DNA from: Candidatus Saccharimonadota bacterium | GTDB taxonomy: Bacteria > Pseudomonadota > Gammaproteobacteria > Enterobacterales > Enterobacteriaceae | Direction of reading: 5' to 3' | DNA length: 18,655 bases | NCBI RefSeq assembly: GCF_012571345.1 | Contig: NZ_CP046218.1 | Span: 126,392-145,046, forward strand | Shown: piece after piece, positions 1 to 9,152 of the stretch | How positions within the stretch are numbered: position 1 is the first letter of the stretch | Layout: each line of letters starts with the position of its first letter | Program-made: the position numbers and the translations under genes | Notes under the pieces: generated by a model | What the model was told of the DNA's origin: nothing | Seen by the model: the letters and a program-made list of their open reading frames with translations, nothing else | Databases searched by the model: none

Positions 1-599
1 TGTATATCATTTTCTGTAATGATACGTGATAGTCCTAAAGTAATTTTATTACGATATTCATGAGATTTAGATAAATTTATGATATTTTCTGATAAAATTT
101 TACTATTTGGCACTGATACAATACTACCATCTAATGTTTTTAGAAATGTACAAAATATTTCTACATTAATGATTTTACCAATAATATTATTTAAATTAAT
201 ATAATCGCCAATTTGGAAAATACGTAAAGTAATAATTAATAATCCCGAAGCAACATTAGCTAAAGCACTTTGCCATGCTAAACCTATAACTAATCCTATT
301 GTTCCAAATGCTGCTACAATGGATGATGTTTTAAAACCTAAACTACTTAATGCTGTAACAATAACAAATATAAATAAACTATATTTTAATATATTAGATA
401 TAAAACCTATAGTAATAGGATCTATGTTTCTATTCTTAAAAACATTTTGTATAGTATTAATAATAATTGTGGAAATCTTAAAACCTAAAATTATAATAAT
501 AATAGCAAATATTATATTCCAAAAATGAGATAAAATAGATAATTTATTTTGTAATATCCAATCTTTAAGAATATTTAATATATTATTGATGTTATGCAT
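1..599 (-). CDS. mscS: Small-conductance mechanosensitive channel MscS (YggB), N-terminal ~199 codons; the 3' part lies beyond the left window edge
   Basis: Absent from the ORF track because it runs off the edge. My translation of the reverse complement starts at the ATG (complement of 597-599) and stays open to position 1: MHNINNILNILKDWILQNKLS...AAFGTIGLVIGLAWQSALANVASGLLIITLRIFQIGDYINL...LDGSIVSVPNSKILSENIINLSKSHEYRN. It is colinear with E. coli MscS as I recall it (..[66 protein letters not shown]). It sits next to fbaA, as in E. coli (yggB-fbaA-pgk). Confidence 0.85.
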   Translation of the reverse strand, partial: MHNINNILNILKDWILQNKLSILSHFWNIIFAIIIIILGFKISTIIINTIQNVFKNRNIDPITIGFISNILKYSLFIFVIVTALSSLGFKTSSIVAAFGTIGLVIGLAWQSALANVASGLLIITLRIFQIGDYINLNNIIGKIINVEIFCTFLKTLDGSIVSVPNSKILSENIINLSKSHEYRNKITLGLSRIITENDI

Positions 600-662
600 A
601 AATTATTTTAACCATATGATATAAAATATTTTTATAAAAAAATTATAATATATATAATAATA

Positions 663-1742
663 TTATAATGTATTTATTGTATTTAAGTTTTTAAAAATTT
701 TTTCTAAGCGTTTTTTAACACAAATTTGTGATTCTCTAATCCAAGTTCTAGGATCATAATATTTTTTATTGGGTATATTATCACCTTTTGGATTACCTAA
801 CTGTTTTTGTAAATATAATTTATTTTTATTATAAAATGATAATATTCCTTGCCAAGTAGCCCATTGTACATCGGTATCAATATTCATTTTTATAACACCA
901 TAATCAATAGATTGTTTTATATCTTTTGTTGAAGATCCAGAACCTCCATGAAATACGAAATTAATAGGATTATATGATAATTTATATTTTTGCATAATAT
1001 ATTCTTGTGTTTTTTTTAAAATTATGGGTTTTAATTTTACATTACCTATTTGATATACTCCATGAACATTACCAAAAGAAGCAGCAATAGTAAATTGGGG
1101 ACTAATTAAAATTAATTTTTTATATGCATAGTCTATATCATATGGATCGGTATATAATAATGTTTTTGTTAAATTACTATTATCAATACCATCTTCTTCG
1201 CCTCCTGTACATCCTAATTCTAATTCTAATGTCATATTCATTTTAGACATTATAGAAAAATATTTACTACAAATATTAATATTTTCCGCTAGTGATTCAC
1301 GTGATAAATCTAACATATGTGAAGAAAATAAAGTGCAACCATGCATATTATAATATTTTTGATTTTCTTCTAATAATCTATCTATCCAAAATAAATTTTT
1401 TTTTGTACAATGATCTGTATGTAAAATTACAGGTATCTTATAATATTTAGCTACATTATGAACATGTTGCGCACCAGAAATAGCGCCCATTACTGCTGCT
1501 AATTGAGGATTATGTCTTTGCAATCCTTTGCCTGCAATAAATGATGCACCACCATACGAAAATTGTATAATAACAGCAGAATGCATTTTAGATGCTGTTT
1601 CTAATACTATATTAATAGAATCAGTGCCAACACAATTAATAGCTGGTAAAGCAAATTTATTTTTTTTAGCTATTTTAAAAATAGTTTGTACATCATGACC
1701 AACTACAACACCAGGTTTAACATAATTTAAAATTTTAGACAT
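663..1742 (-). CDS. fbaA: Fructose-1,6-bisphosphate aldolase, class II
   Basis: The 359-aa ORF is the same length as E. coli FbaA. N-terminus MSKILNYVKPGVVVGHDVQ..FALPAINCVGTDSINIVLETA..QFSYGGASFIAGKG matches E. coli MSKIFDFVKPGV..FALPAVNCVGTDSINAVLETA..QFSNGGASFIAGKG. An AAGGTAAAG Shine-Dalgarno-like element lies upstream on the minus strand. Confidence 0.97.
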   Translation of the reverse strand: MSKILNYVKPGVVVGHDVQTIFKIAKKNKFALPAINCVGTDSINIVLETASKMHSAVIIQFSYGGASFIAGKGLQRHNPQLAAVMGAISGAQHVHNVAKYYKIPVILHTDHCTKKNLFWIDRLLEENQKYYNMHGCTLFSSHMLDLSRESLAENINICSKYFSIMSKMNMTLELELGCTGGEEDGIDNSNLTKTLLYTDPYDIDYAYKKLILISPQFTIAASFGNVHGVYQIGNVKLKPIILKKTQEYIMQKYKLSYNPINFVFHGGSGSSTKDIKQSIDYGVIKMNIDTDVQWATWQGILSFYNKNKLYLQKQLGNPKGDNIPNKKYYDPRTWIRESQICVKKRLEKIFKNLNTINTL

Positions 1743-1801
1743 AATATAAACTTTACCTTATTTGAACAGACACATTATAATAAAATTAGATGATATTTAA
1801 A

Positions 1802-2965
1802 TTATATATTTGCATTTTGTAATTTTTCTATAACAGGTAGTGTTTTATTTTCTATAAATTTTAAAAAAGCGCCACCTCCTGTAGAAATATAAGACATTTT
1901 ATCTAACACATTAAATAATTCTATTGCTGCTATAGTATCACCACCACCAACAATAGAAAAAGCATTACTATTTGCAACTGTTTTTGCAATTTGTTTTGTA
2001 CCATGACAAAAATTTGAAAATTCAAACACACCTACTGGACCATTCCATAATATTGTTGCAGCATGTATTAAAATATTATGAATAATCTTAATAGTTTGAT
2101 CGCCAATATCCATGATCATATCATTATTAAGAATATCATTTACATTTTTAATTCCTATATATGAATCATTAGAAAAACTCGTTCCAATTCTACAATCTAC
2201 TGGTAAAATCATATTTTTATATTTTTTATATAGTTGTCTAGCTAATGATATTGCATTTTTTTCATATAAAGAATATCCAATATTATGATTAAGATACAAG
2301 AAAGTATTAGCAATACCGCCACCAATAATTACTTTATCAGAAAAATTTAATAGTTGTGTTAACAAATTAAATTTAGTAGAAATTTTAGCGCCACCGATAA
2401 TAGAAACAATAGGTTTTGATGGTTTATATAAAAATTTCTTTAAATTAATAATTTCATTAATTAATAAAAATCCGGCACAAGACTGTTTAACAAAGTCTAT
2501 AATTCCATATGTTGAAGCGTGTACACGATGTGCGGTAGCAAAAGCATCCATAACAAAAATATCACATAATGCCGCATATTTTTTGGATAATGTTTTAGAA
2601 TTACGTTTTTCTCCAATATTAAAACGTACATTTTCTAATAAAATAATTTCATTATTTTCAAAAATTATACCATTAAGATAATTTTGTTTTAAAACAACTT
2701 TATGTTGTAATTGTTTACTTAAATATATAGCAACATTTTTTAAAGAATAAATATCATCATATTTTCCTTCAATAGGTCTGCCTAAATGTGAAGCTATAAT
2801 AATTTTAGCTCCTTGTAATAAAGCATATTTAATGGTTGGTAATGCAAATTTTATTCTAGTAGCAGATAAAATTTTACCTTGAGCATCTATAGGAACATTT
2901 AAATCTGATCTAATCAATATGATTTTATTATTAATATTAACATCTGTAATATTTAATAAAGACAT
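1802..2965 (-). CDS. pgk: Phosphoglycerate kinase
   Basis: The 387-aa ORF is the same length as E. coli Pgk. Matching segments: IRSDLNVPI...ATRIKFALPTIKYALLQGAKIIIASHLGRPIEG versus E. coli [41 protein letters not shown]. An AAGGA Shine-Dalgarno lies ~8 nt upstream of the ATG (reverse complement of 2966-2989). Adjacent to fbaA, as in E. coli. Confidence 0.97.
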   Translation of the reverse strand: MSLLNITDVNINNKIILIRSDLNVPIDAQGKILSATRIKFALPTIKYALLQGAKIIIASHLGRPIEGKYDDIYSLKNVAIYLSKQLQHKVVLKQNYLNGIIFENNEIILLENVRFNIGEKRNSKTLSKKYAALCDIFVMDAFATAHRVHASTYGIIDFVKQSCAGFLLINEIINLKKFLYKPSKPIVSIIGGAKISTKFNLLTQLLNFSDKVIIGGGIANTFLYLNHNIGYSLYEKNAISLARQLYKKYKNMILPVDCRIGTSFSNDSYIGIKNVNDILNNDMIMDIGDQTIKIIHNILIHAATILWNGPVGVFEFSNFCHGTKQIAKTVANSNAFSIVGGGDTIAAIELFNVLDKMSYISTGGGAFLKFIENKTLPVIEKLQNANI

Positions 2966-2989
2966 AATAATATCCTTGTATAAAAAATA

Positions 2990-4993
2990 TTAAGTATAAT
3001 TCTTAAATAATTTTTCAATAACTTTTATAATATTTTGCACAGTAAAACCAAATTTTACAAATAATTTTTCTGCTGAACCAGAATATCCAAATTGATTTAT
3101 ACCGATGATATGACCTTTTGTACCTATATATTTATACCATAAATCTTTTGATCCTGCTTCAATTGCAATTCTTAAAGTTATATTTGAAGGCAAAACATGA
3201 TTTTTATATTCTTGTGTCTGTTTTTCGAATGTATCTATGGAAGGCATAGAAACAACTCTAATTTTATATTTTGAGGATAATTGATTAAAAGTTTCTACCG
3301 CTAAATAAACTTCCGAACCTGTAGCAATTAAAATTATTTCTGGTAATTGATCTAAAGGATCTTTTAAAATATATCCTCCATAATGTATAGATTCTATTTT
3401 TTCTTTATTTCTAATCTGTGTAGGCAAAATTTGTCTTGAAAGAATTAAACTAGTAGGAGTATGTAAATTTTCAATAGCATGTTGCCATGCAATTATTGTT
3501 TCAATTTTATCACATGGTCTCCAAACACTTAAATTAGGTATTAATCTTAAACTTGATAATTGTTCTATTGGTTGATGTGTTGGACCATCTTCTCCTACAC
3601 CAATAGAATCATGGGTATAAATCATAATATTTCTAATTTTCATTAAAGATGCCATTCGTATAGCACTACGACAATAATCCATAAAAACTAAAAAAGTTGC
3701 AGTATATGGGATAAAACCATTGTATAAGGAAATACCATTAGATATTGCCATCATGCCAAATTCTCTAACACCATAATGAATATAATTACCATATAAAAAT
3801 TTGTTGATAGGTTTGGAATTAGATACTAATGTTAAATTACTAGATGCGAGATCTGCTGATCCTCCTAATAATTCTGGTAATATATATGTAATTTTTTCTA
3901 AAATATATTGCGATGCTTGTCTTGTAGACATACTAGTAGCATCATCCATATTTATTAAAAGATTTTTTATTGTTGTTAACCAAGATGTTGGTAAAGTATG
4001 ATTAATTCTACGTTGTAATTCATCTGATAATGCAGGGAATATTTTGCAATATTCATTATATTTATTGGTCCATTTTAATTCTCTTAAATTGCCTATATCT
4101 TTTGCATTCCATTGATGATAAATTTCTTTAGGGATATAAAAAGGTTTAAATTGCCAATTTAATTTTTTTCTAGTCAATAATGTTTCAGTTACTCCTAATG
4201 GCATACCATGAGCAATATTTTTTCCAGATTTATTCGGCGAACCATAAGCTAGAATAGTATTACAAATTAGTAAAGATGGTTGATTAGTTTTTAATGATCT
4301 AGCTTGTTCTATCGCGATTTGAATTTTTTTATAATTATGACCATCTATATCAGCAATAACATTCCATCCATAAGATTCAAATCTCTTTTTAGTATTATCC
4401 ATACACCATTCTTTTATATTACCATCAATAGAAATACCATTATTATCATAAAATACTATTAATTTTTTAAGTTTTAAAGTTCCTGCTAATGAACATACTT
4501 CATGTGAAATTCCTTCCATCAAGCAACCGTCGCCTACAAACACATAAGTATAATGATCAATAATATTATATCCAGGTTTATTAAATTGTGCACTTAATAC
4601 TTTTTCTGCAATAGCAATACCTACAGCGTTAGCCAAACCTTGCCCAAGAGGCCCTGTACTAGATTCGACACTAGGAGTACATTGAAATTCTGGATGACCA
4701 GGAGTTTTAGAATGTAATTTACGAAAATTTTTTAAATCATCAATGGTTAAATTATATCCTGTTAAATGTAATAAACTATAAAGTAACATGGCACAATGTC
4801 CGTTAGATAATATAAATCTATCACGATTCATCCATAATGGATTATTAGGATTATGACTTAAATAATTTCTCCATAATACTTCTGCTATATCTGCCATACC
4901 CATAGGTGCACCAGGATGTCCTGAATTAGATTTTTCTATAGCATCAATACTTAAAAATCTAATAGCATTAGCTAAATCTTTTCTTGAGGGCAT
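2990..4993 (-). CDS. tktA: Transketolase
   Basis: 667-aa ORF. [49 protein letters not shown]...[24 protein letters not shown] is near-identical in pattern to E. coli TktA ([41 protein letters not shown]...). An AGGAAG Shine-Dalgarno precedes the ATG. The paralogue call (tktA rather than tktB) rests only on synteny with pgk/fbaA and metK. Confidence 0.95.
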   Translation of the reverse strand: [667 protein letters not shown]

Positions 4994-5224
4994 ATATCTT
5001 CCTACTATTTAAATTATTAATATTATTATTCTTATTTAAGAAGTAAGCATATAAAAACTTTTTAAAAAGATTAATATATAATATATAATCATTAATATCA
5101 TATATATATGATATATAAATTTATTTCAAATAATGATTTGATGCAAATATTAATAGATAAACAATACAAATAATATTAAATATGTTTTTTATATAAAAAA
5201 ATTTATTTTATAAAGGTTAACAAT

Positions 5225-6370
5225 ATGTCAACATATCTTTTTACATCAGAATCCGTATCTGAAGGACATCCTGATAAAATGGCAGATCAAATTTCTGATG
5301 CAATATTAGATCATATTATTATACAAGATGTAAAAGCAAAAGTTGCATGTGAAACATATATTAAAACAGGTATGGTATTAATTGGAGGAGAAATAACAAC
5401 TAATGCACATATTAATATAGAAAATATTGTCAGAAATACCATCAAGAATATCGGATATATTCATCCTAATATGGGTTTTGATGCTAATTCTTGTGCTATT
5501 TTAAACATTATTGGCCAACAATCTGAAGATATAGCGAAAGGAATCTATAACAAAAATATTTACAATCAAGGTGCTGGAGATCAAGGTCTAGTTTTTGGTT
5601 ATGCAACTAATGAAACAGATGTATTAATGCCGGCACCTATTACTTATGCACATCGTTTAGTATATAAACAAGCACAAGTTAGGAAAAAAAAAATCTTAAA
5701 ATGGTTAAGACCAGATGCAAAAAGTCAAATTACCTTTAGTTATATTAATGATAAAATTAGTAGTATACATTCTGTTGTGCTCTCTACACAAGTAAAAAAT
5801 AATATACCTCATAAAGTAATTGAAGAAGCATGTATGGAAGAGATTATTAAACCAATTTTACCAAAAAAATGGATAACAAAAAACACCAAATTTTTTATTA
5901 ATCCCGCAGGTCGTTTTGTAATAGGTGGACCATTAAGCGATTGTGGACTTACAGGTAGGAAAATTATAGTTGATACCTATGGTGGCATGGCTAGACATGG
6001 TGGTGGCGCATTTTCTGGTAAGGATCCATCTAAAATAGACAGATCTGCAGCATATGCAGCACGTTATATCGCGAAAAATATAGTTGCAGCATCTTTAGCT
6101 TCTAAATGTGAAATACAAATTGCATATATTATTGGTATAGCGAAACCCATATCAATTATGATTAACACTTTTGGTACTGGTACTATTAGTAATGAAAAAT
6201 TACTATTTTTAATAAATCAAATCTTTGATTTAAGACCTTTTTATTTAATTCAAATGTTAGATTTATTAAGACCTATATATCAACAAACATCTGTATATGG
6301 ACATTTTGGTAGAAATATTTTCCCATGGGAAAAACTAGATAAAGTATATCAGTTAAAAGATCTAATGTAA
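5225..6370 (+). CDS. metK: S-adenosylmethionine synthetase
   Basis: 381-aa [28 protein letters not shown]...[19 protein letters not shown]...[30 protein letters not shown]...[41 protein letters not shown] matches E. coli MetK almost motif for motif. An AAGG Shine-Dalgarno sits at about 5213-5216. Confidence 0.97.
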   Translation: MSTYLFTSESVSEGHPDKMADQISDAILDHIIIQDVKAKVACETYIKTGMVLIGGEITTNAHINIENIVRNTIKNIGYIHPNMGFDANSCAILNIIGQQSEDIAKGIYNKNIYNQGAGDQGLVFGYATNETDVLMPAPITYAHRLVYKQAQVRKKKILKWLRPDAKSQITFSYINDKISSIHSVVLSTQVKNNIPHKVIEEACMEEIIKPILPKKWITKNTKFFINPAGRFVIGGPLSDCGLTGRKIIVDTYGGMARHGGGAFSGKDPSKIDRSAAYAARYIAKNIVAASLASKCEIQIAYIIGIAKPISIMINTFGTGTISNEKLLFLINQIFDLRPFYLIQMLDLLRPIYQQTSVYGHFGRNIFPWEKLDKVYQLKDLM

Positions 6371-6455
6371 AATACAATAAACAAAATTATTATTTTAAAT
6401 AGAATAGTATAAATCATTATATTTTTTTTAAATATATAAAATGTTAAAAAAGAAC

Positions 6456-8984
6456 TTACTTAAGATTTATAATATTATATAATCCTATTACTTTTTCTAA
6501 TTTTTTAATTCTAATCATTGTAACTCCTATAGTATTGCGACGTACTAAACAAATTTCTGATACAGGTATTCTAATTAATGTACCTATATTGGTAATAATG
6601 ATAATATGATCTGTTTCTAACACTTTAATAGCGCCTATAACATTACCATTCCTATAATTAGTTTTGATATTAATAACACCTTTTGTTGCTCTAGATCTAA
6701 GAGGATATTCGCTATTATGTGTTCTCTTGCCATAACCATTTTCTGTAATAGTTAATATATTATGCCTATCATTATTTTCTAAAACAATCAGTGAAACAAT
6801 CTTATCTTGATGAGATATAAATTTTATGCCGCGTACACCTTTAGTACTTCTACCCATAATTCTAATATTCGAAAGACAAAATCTTACTGTTTTACCTAAA
6901 TAAGAAAATAACATTATGTGTTGATCTTTAAAATTTATAATAGTTACTTCTTTAACATAATCATGCTGATATAATTTAATTGCAATAATACCATTAGAAC
7001 GTGGTTTACTAAAATATTGTAAATTGGTTGCTTTAACAAAACCTTTCATAGTTACAATAAATAAACTTAGATCTTTGGAATATTGGTTAACAACAGTAAA
7101 AGTAGTAATATATTCGTTATGTTTTAAAGGCAAAATATTAATTAATGGCCTACCTTTAGAATAACGATTTGTAGATGGCAAATTATATACTTTTAGCCAA
7201 TACAAACGTCCAAAATTAGAAAATAGCATGATATTATCATGAGTATTTACTATAGAAAATTTAATAATATAATCATCTACATTAATTTTTGTGGATAATT
7301 TGCCTTTACCACCTCTATGTTGTACATTATATTCAGATAATTTTTGATATTTTATATATCCTTTATGTGTTAAAGTAACTATAACATTTTCAGAAGCTAT
7401 AAAGTCTATTGTTTTAAAAGAATTAGTTTTAGATATAATTTCTGTTTTTCTAATATCACCAAACATTTCTTTAATAGAAATTAATTCTTTACAAATAACG
7501 TTCATTAAACATTCATTATTATTCATAATTTGTGATAATTGTGTAATACTAAGTATTGTTTGTTGATATTGATCACATAATTTTTGATATTCTAAATTAG
7601 TTAATTTATGTAATTTTAAATCTAAAATAGCTTGTACTTGTTTGTTACTAAAAGAATATTTTGTATTTTTTATGATATTTTTATTTTTTAAAAAAATGTT
7701 TTTATTATGTTGTATATGTAATATTGATAATATATCTTTGGTATGCCAAGTTTGTTTATGAAGTATACTTTTTACGGTTTCTGTCCTAGTTGTTGAACGT
7801 ATTATGTGTATAATATCTTTTATATTTATTAAAGCTATAATTAAACCTTCTAAAATATGTGCTTTACGGTTATATTTTTTTATTTCATATATAGTTCTTC
7901 TCATAACAATTTCGCGTCTATGATTAATAAAAGCAACAATAATATCTTTTAAAGACATAATAGTAGGTTTTCCTTTATGCAAGGCAACCATATTAATATG
8001 GAAAGAACTTTCTAAAGAAGTAAATTTATATAAATTATTTAAAATAATATTAGTAGATATGTTTTTTTTAACATGTATAACAATTCTAATACCATCCTTA
8101 TCTGATTCATCTCTTAAGGTTTTAATGCCAGTAATTTTTTTTGTTTTTATAAGTTCAACAATTTTTTCAATTAACTTAGCTTTATTAATTTGATAAGGTA
8201 ATTCATATATTATAATTGTATTATATTTTCCATTAGCTAATATTTTACTGCGTCCTCTAATAAAAATTTGTCCTTTGCCAGTATGATATGCATTTTTAAT
8301 ACCTTCTGTCCCATTGATTATCCCTGCAGTTGGAAAATCTGGCCCAGAAATATATTTCATTAATTCTGATATATGAATATTTGCATCATTAATATATGCT
8401 AAACATGCATTAATAACTTCAGTTATATTATGTGGAGGAATATTTGTAGTCATGCCTACAGCTATACCTGCAGATCCATTAATTAATAAATTAGGAATTT
8501 TAGTAGGCAGAACTATAGGAATATTTTCAGTACCATCGTAATTTAATGTATAATTTATTGTTTCTTTTTCTAAATCATTAATCATTTCTTGACTAATTTT
8601 AGACATTTTAATTTCTGTATAACGCATAGCAGCTGCAGAATCACCATCTATAGAACCAAAATTACCTTGACCATCTATTAATGTATATCGTAATGAAAAA
8701 GTTTGTGCTAATCTTACAATAGCATCATAAACCGCCGTATCTCCATGAGGATGATATTTACCTATAACATCACCAACAATTCTTGCAGATTTTTTATATG
8801 GTTTGTTCCATATATTTCCTAATATATACATAGCATATAAAATTCTTCTATGAACAGGTTTTAAACCATCACGAACATCAGGTAATGCTCTACCTATAAT
8901 AACTGACATAGCATAATCTAAATACGAATTTTTTAATTCGTCTTCAATATTAACTAATTTAATTTGTTTAGCAAAATTATCCAT
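6456..8984 (-). CDS. gyrA: DNA gyrase subunit A
   Basis: 842-aa ORF. N-terminus ..[42 protein letters not shown]...[46 protein letters not shown] includes the active-site Tyr region. A GyrA-box-like QHRGGKGK is present. An AGGTGA Shine-Dalgarno lies ~10 nt upstream (reverse complement of 8985-9000). The protein ends where the E. coli acidic C-terminal tail would begin. Confidence 0.97.
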   Translation of the reverse strand: MDNFAKQIKLVNIEDELKNSYLDYAMSVIIGRALPDVRDGLKPVHRRILYAMYILGNIWNKPYKKSARIVGDVIGKYHPHGDTAVYDAIVRLAQTFSLRYTLIDGQGNFGSIDGDSAAAMRYTEIKMSKISQEMINDLEKETINYTLNYDGTENIPIVLPTKIPNLLINGSAGIAVGMTTNIPPHNITEVINACLAYINDANIHISELMKYISGPDFPTAGIINGTEGIKNAYHTGKGQIFIRGRSKILANGKYNTIIIYELPYQINKAKLIEKIVELIKTKKITGIKTLRDESDKDGIRIVIHVKKNISTNIILNNLYKFTSLESSFHINMVALHKGKPTIMSLKDIIVAFINHRREIVMRRTIYEIKKYNRKAHILEGLIIALINIKDIIHIIRSTTRTETVKSILHKQTWHTKDILSILHIQHNKNIFLKNKNIIKNTKYSFSNKQVQAILDLKLHKLTNLEYQKLCDQYQQTILSITQLSQIMNNNECLMNVICKELISIKEMFGDIRKTEIISKTNSFKTIDFIASENVIVTLTHKGYIKYQKLSEYNVQHRGGKGKLSTKINVDDYIIKFSIVNTHDNIMLFSNFGRLYWLKVYNLPSTNRYSKGRPLINILPLKHNEYITTFTVVNQYSKDLSLFIVTMKGFVKATNLQYFSKPRSNGIIAIKLYQHDYVKEVTIINFKDQHIMLFSYLGKTVRFCLSNIRIMGRSTKGVRGIKFISHQDKIVSLIVLENNDRHNILTITENGYGKRTHNSEYPLRSRATKGVINIKTNYRNGNVIGAIKVLETDHIIIITNIGTLIRIPVSEICLVRRNTIGVTMIRIKKLEKVIGLYNIINLK

Positions 8985-9152
8985 TGAGAGTTTATCACCT
9001 TTACAATAAAATTGATTATTTGTTATATAATATAAGAAGAATATTGTTAATCACAACATGTTTCCAACATATATGTTATGTTACTAATAACAGTATATTT
9101 AAATGGTATTTATATTTGATATATATATATCATTAATATGATGAATAATTTT

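Noticed and set aside
319-528. 69-aa ORF on the + strand
   Set aside because: It lies entirely antisense to the well-supported mscS coding region. It is a low-complexity I/L/K/N product with no recognisable motif. This is the kind of open frame expected by chance opposite a gene in AT-rich DNA.
3801-4001. 66-aa ORF on the + strand
   Set aside because: Antisense inside tktA, with no conserved features and no Shine-Dalgarno. Spurious.
5095-5114. 20-bp perfect palindrome ATATCATATATATATGATAT in the divergent tktA/metK spacer (possible operator or hairpin)
   Set aside because: It is composed almost entirely of alternating TA, which is self-complementary by construction and expected by chance in spacers this AT-rich. 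I see no MetJ-box-like (AGACGTCT-type) sequence anywhere in 4994-5224. Not supportable as a regulatory site without comparative data.
4994-5224. Search of the largest spacer, and of all the others (600-662, 1743-1801, 6371-6455, 8985-9152, 11577-11726, 12459-12591, 13516-13613), for tRNA, sRNA, CRISPR repeats, IS ends or gene remnants
   Set aside because: All spacers are short and nearly devoid of G/C. None has the G/C-rich stems of a tRNA, a repeat-spacer periodicity, terminal inverted repeats, or an ORF fragment I can recognise. Specific -35/-10 assignments for metK were too weak to report.
8730-8760. GyrA QRDR reads [13 protein letters not shown] (Thr at the E. coli Ser83 position): possible quinolone-resistance allele
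   Set aside because: Thr at this position is the natural wild-type residue in several quinolone-susceptible bacteria. Asp87 is retained. This is not one of the known resistance substitutions (Leu/Trp/Ile type). The coordinates are approximate.
9117-9132. 16-bp palindrome TGATATATATATATCA 21 nt downstream of the mutS stop (possible terminator hairpin)
   Set aside because: The (TA)n core would form a stem that is almost entirely A:T and weak, and no clean T-tract follows it in the mutS direction. It cannot be distinguished from compositional chance.
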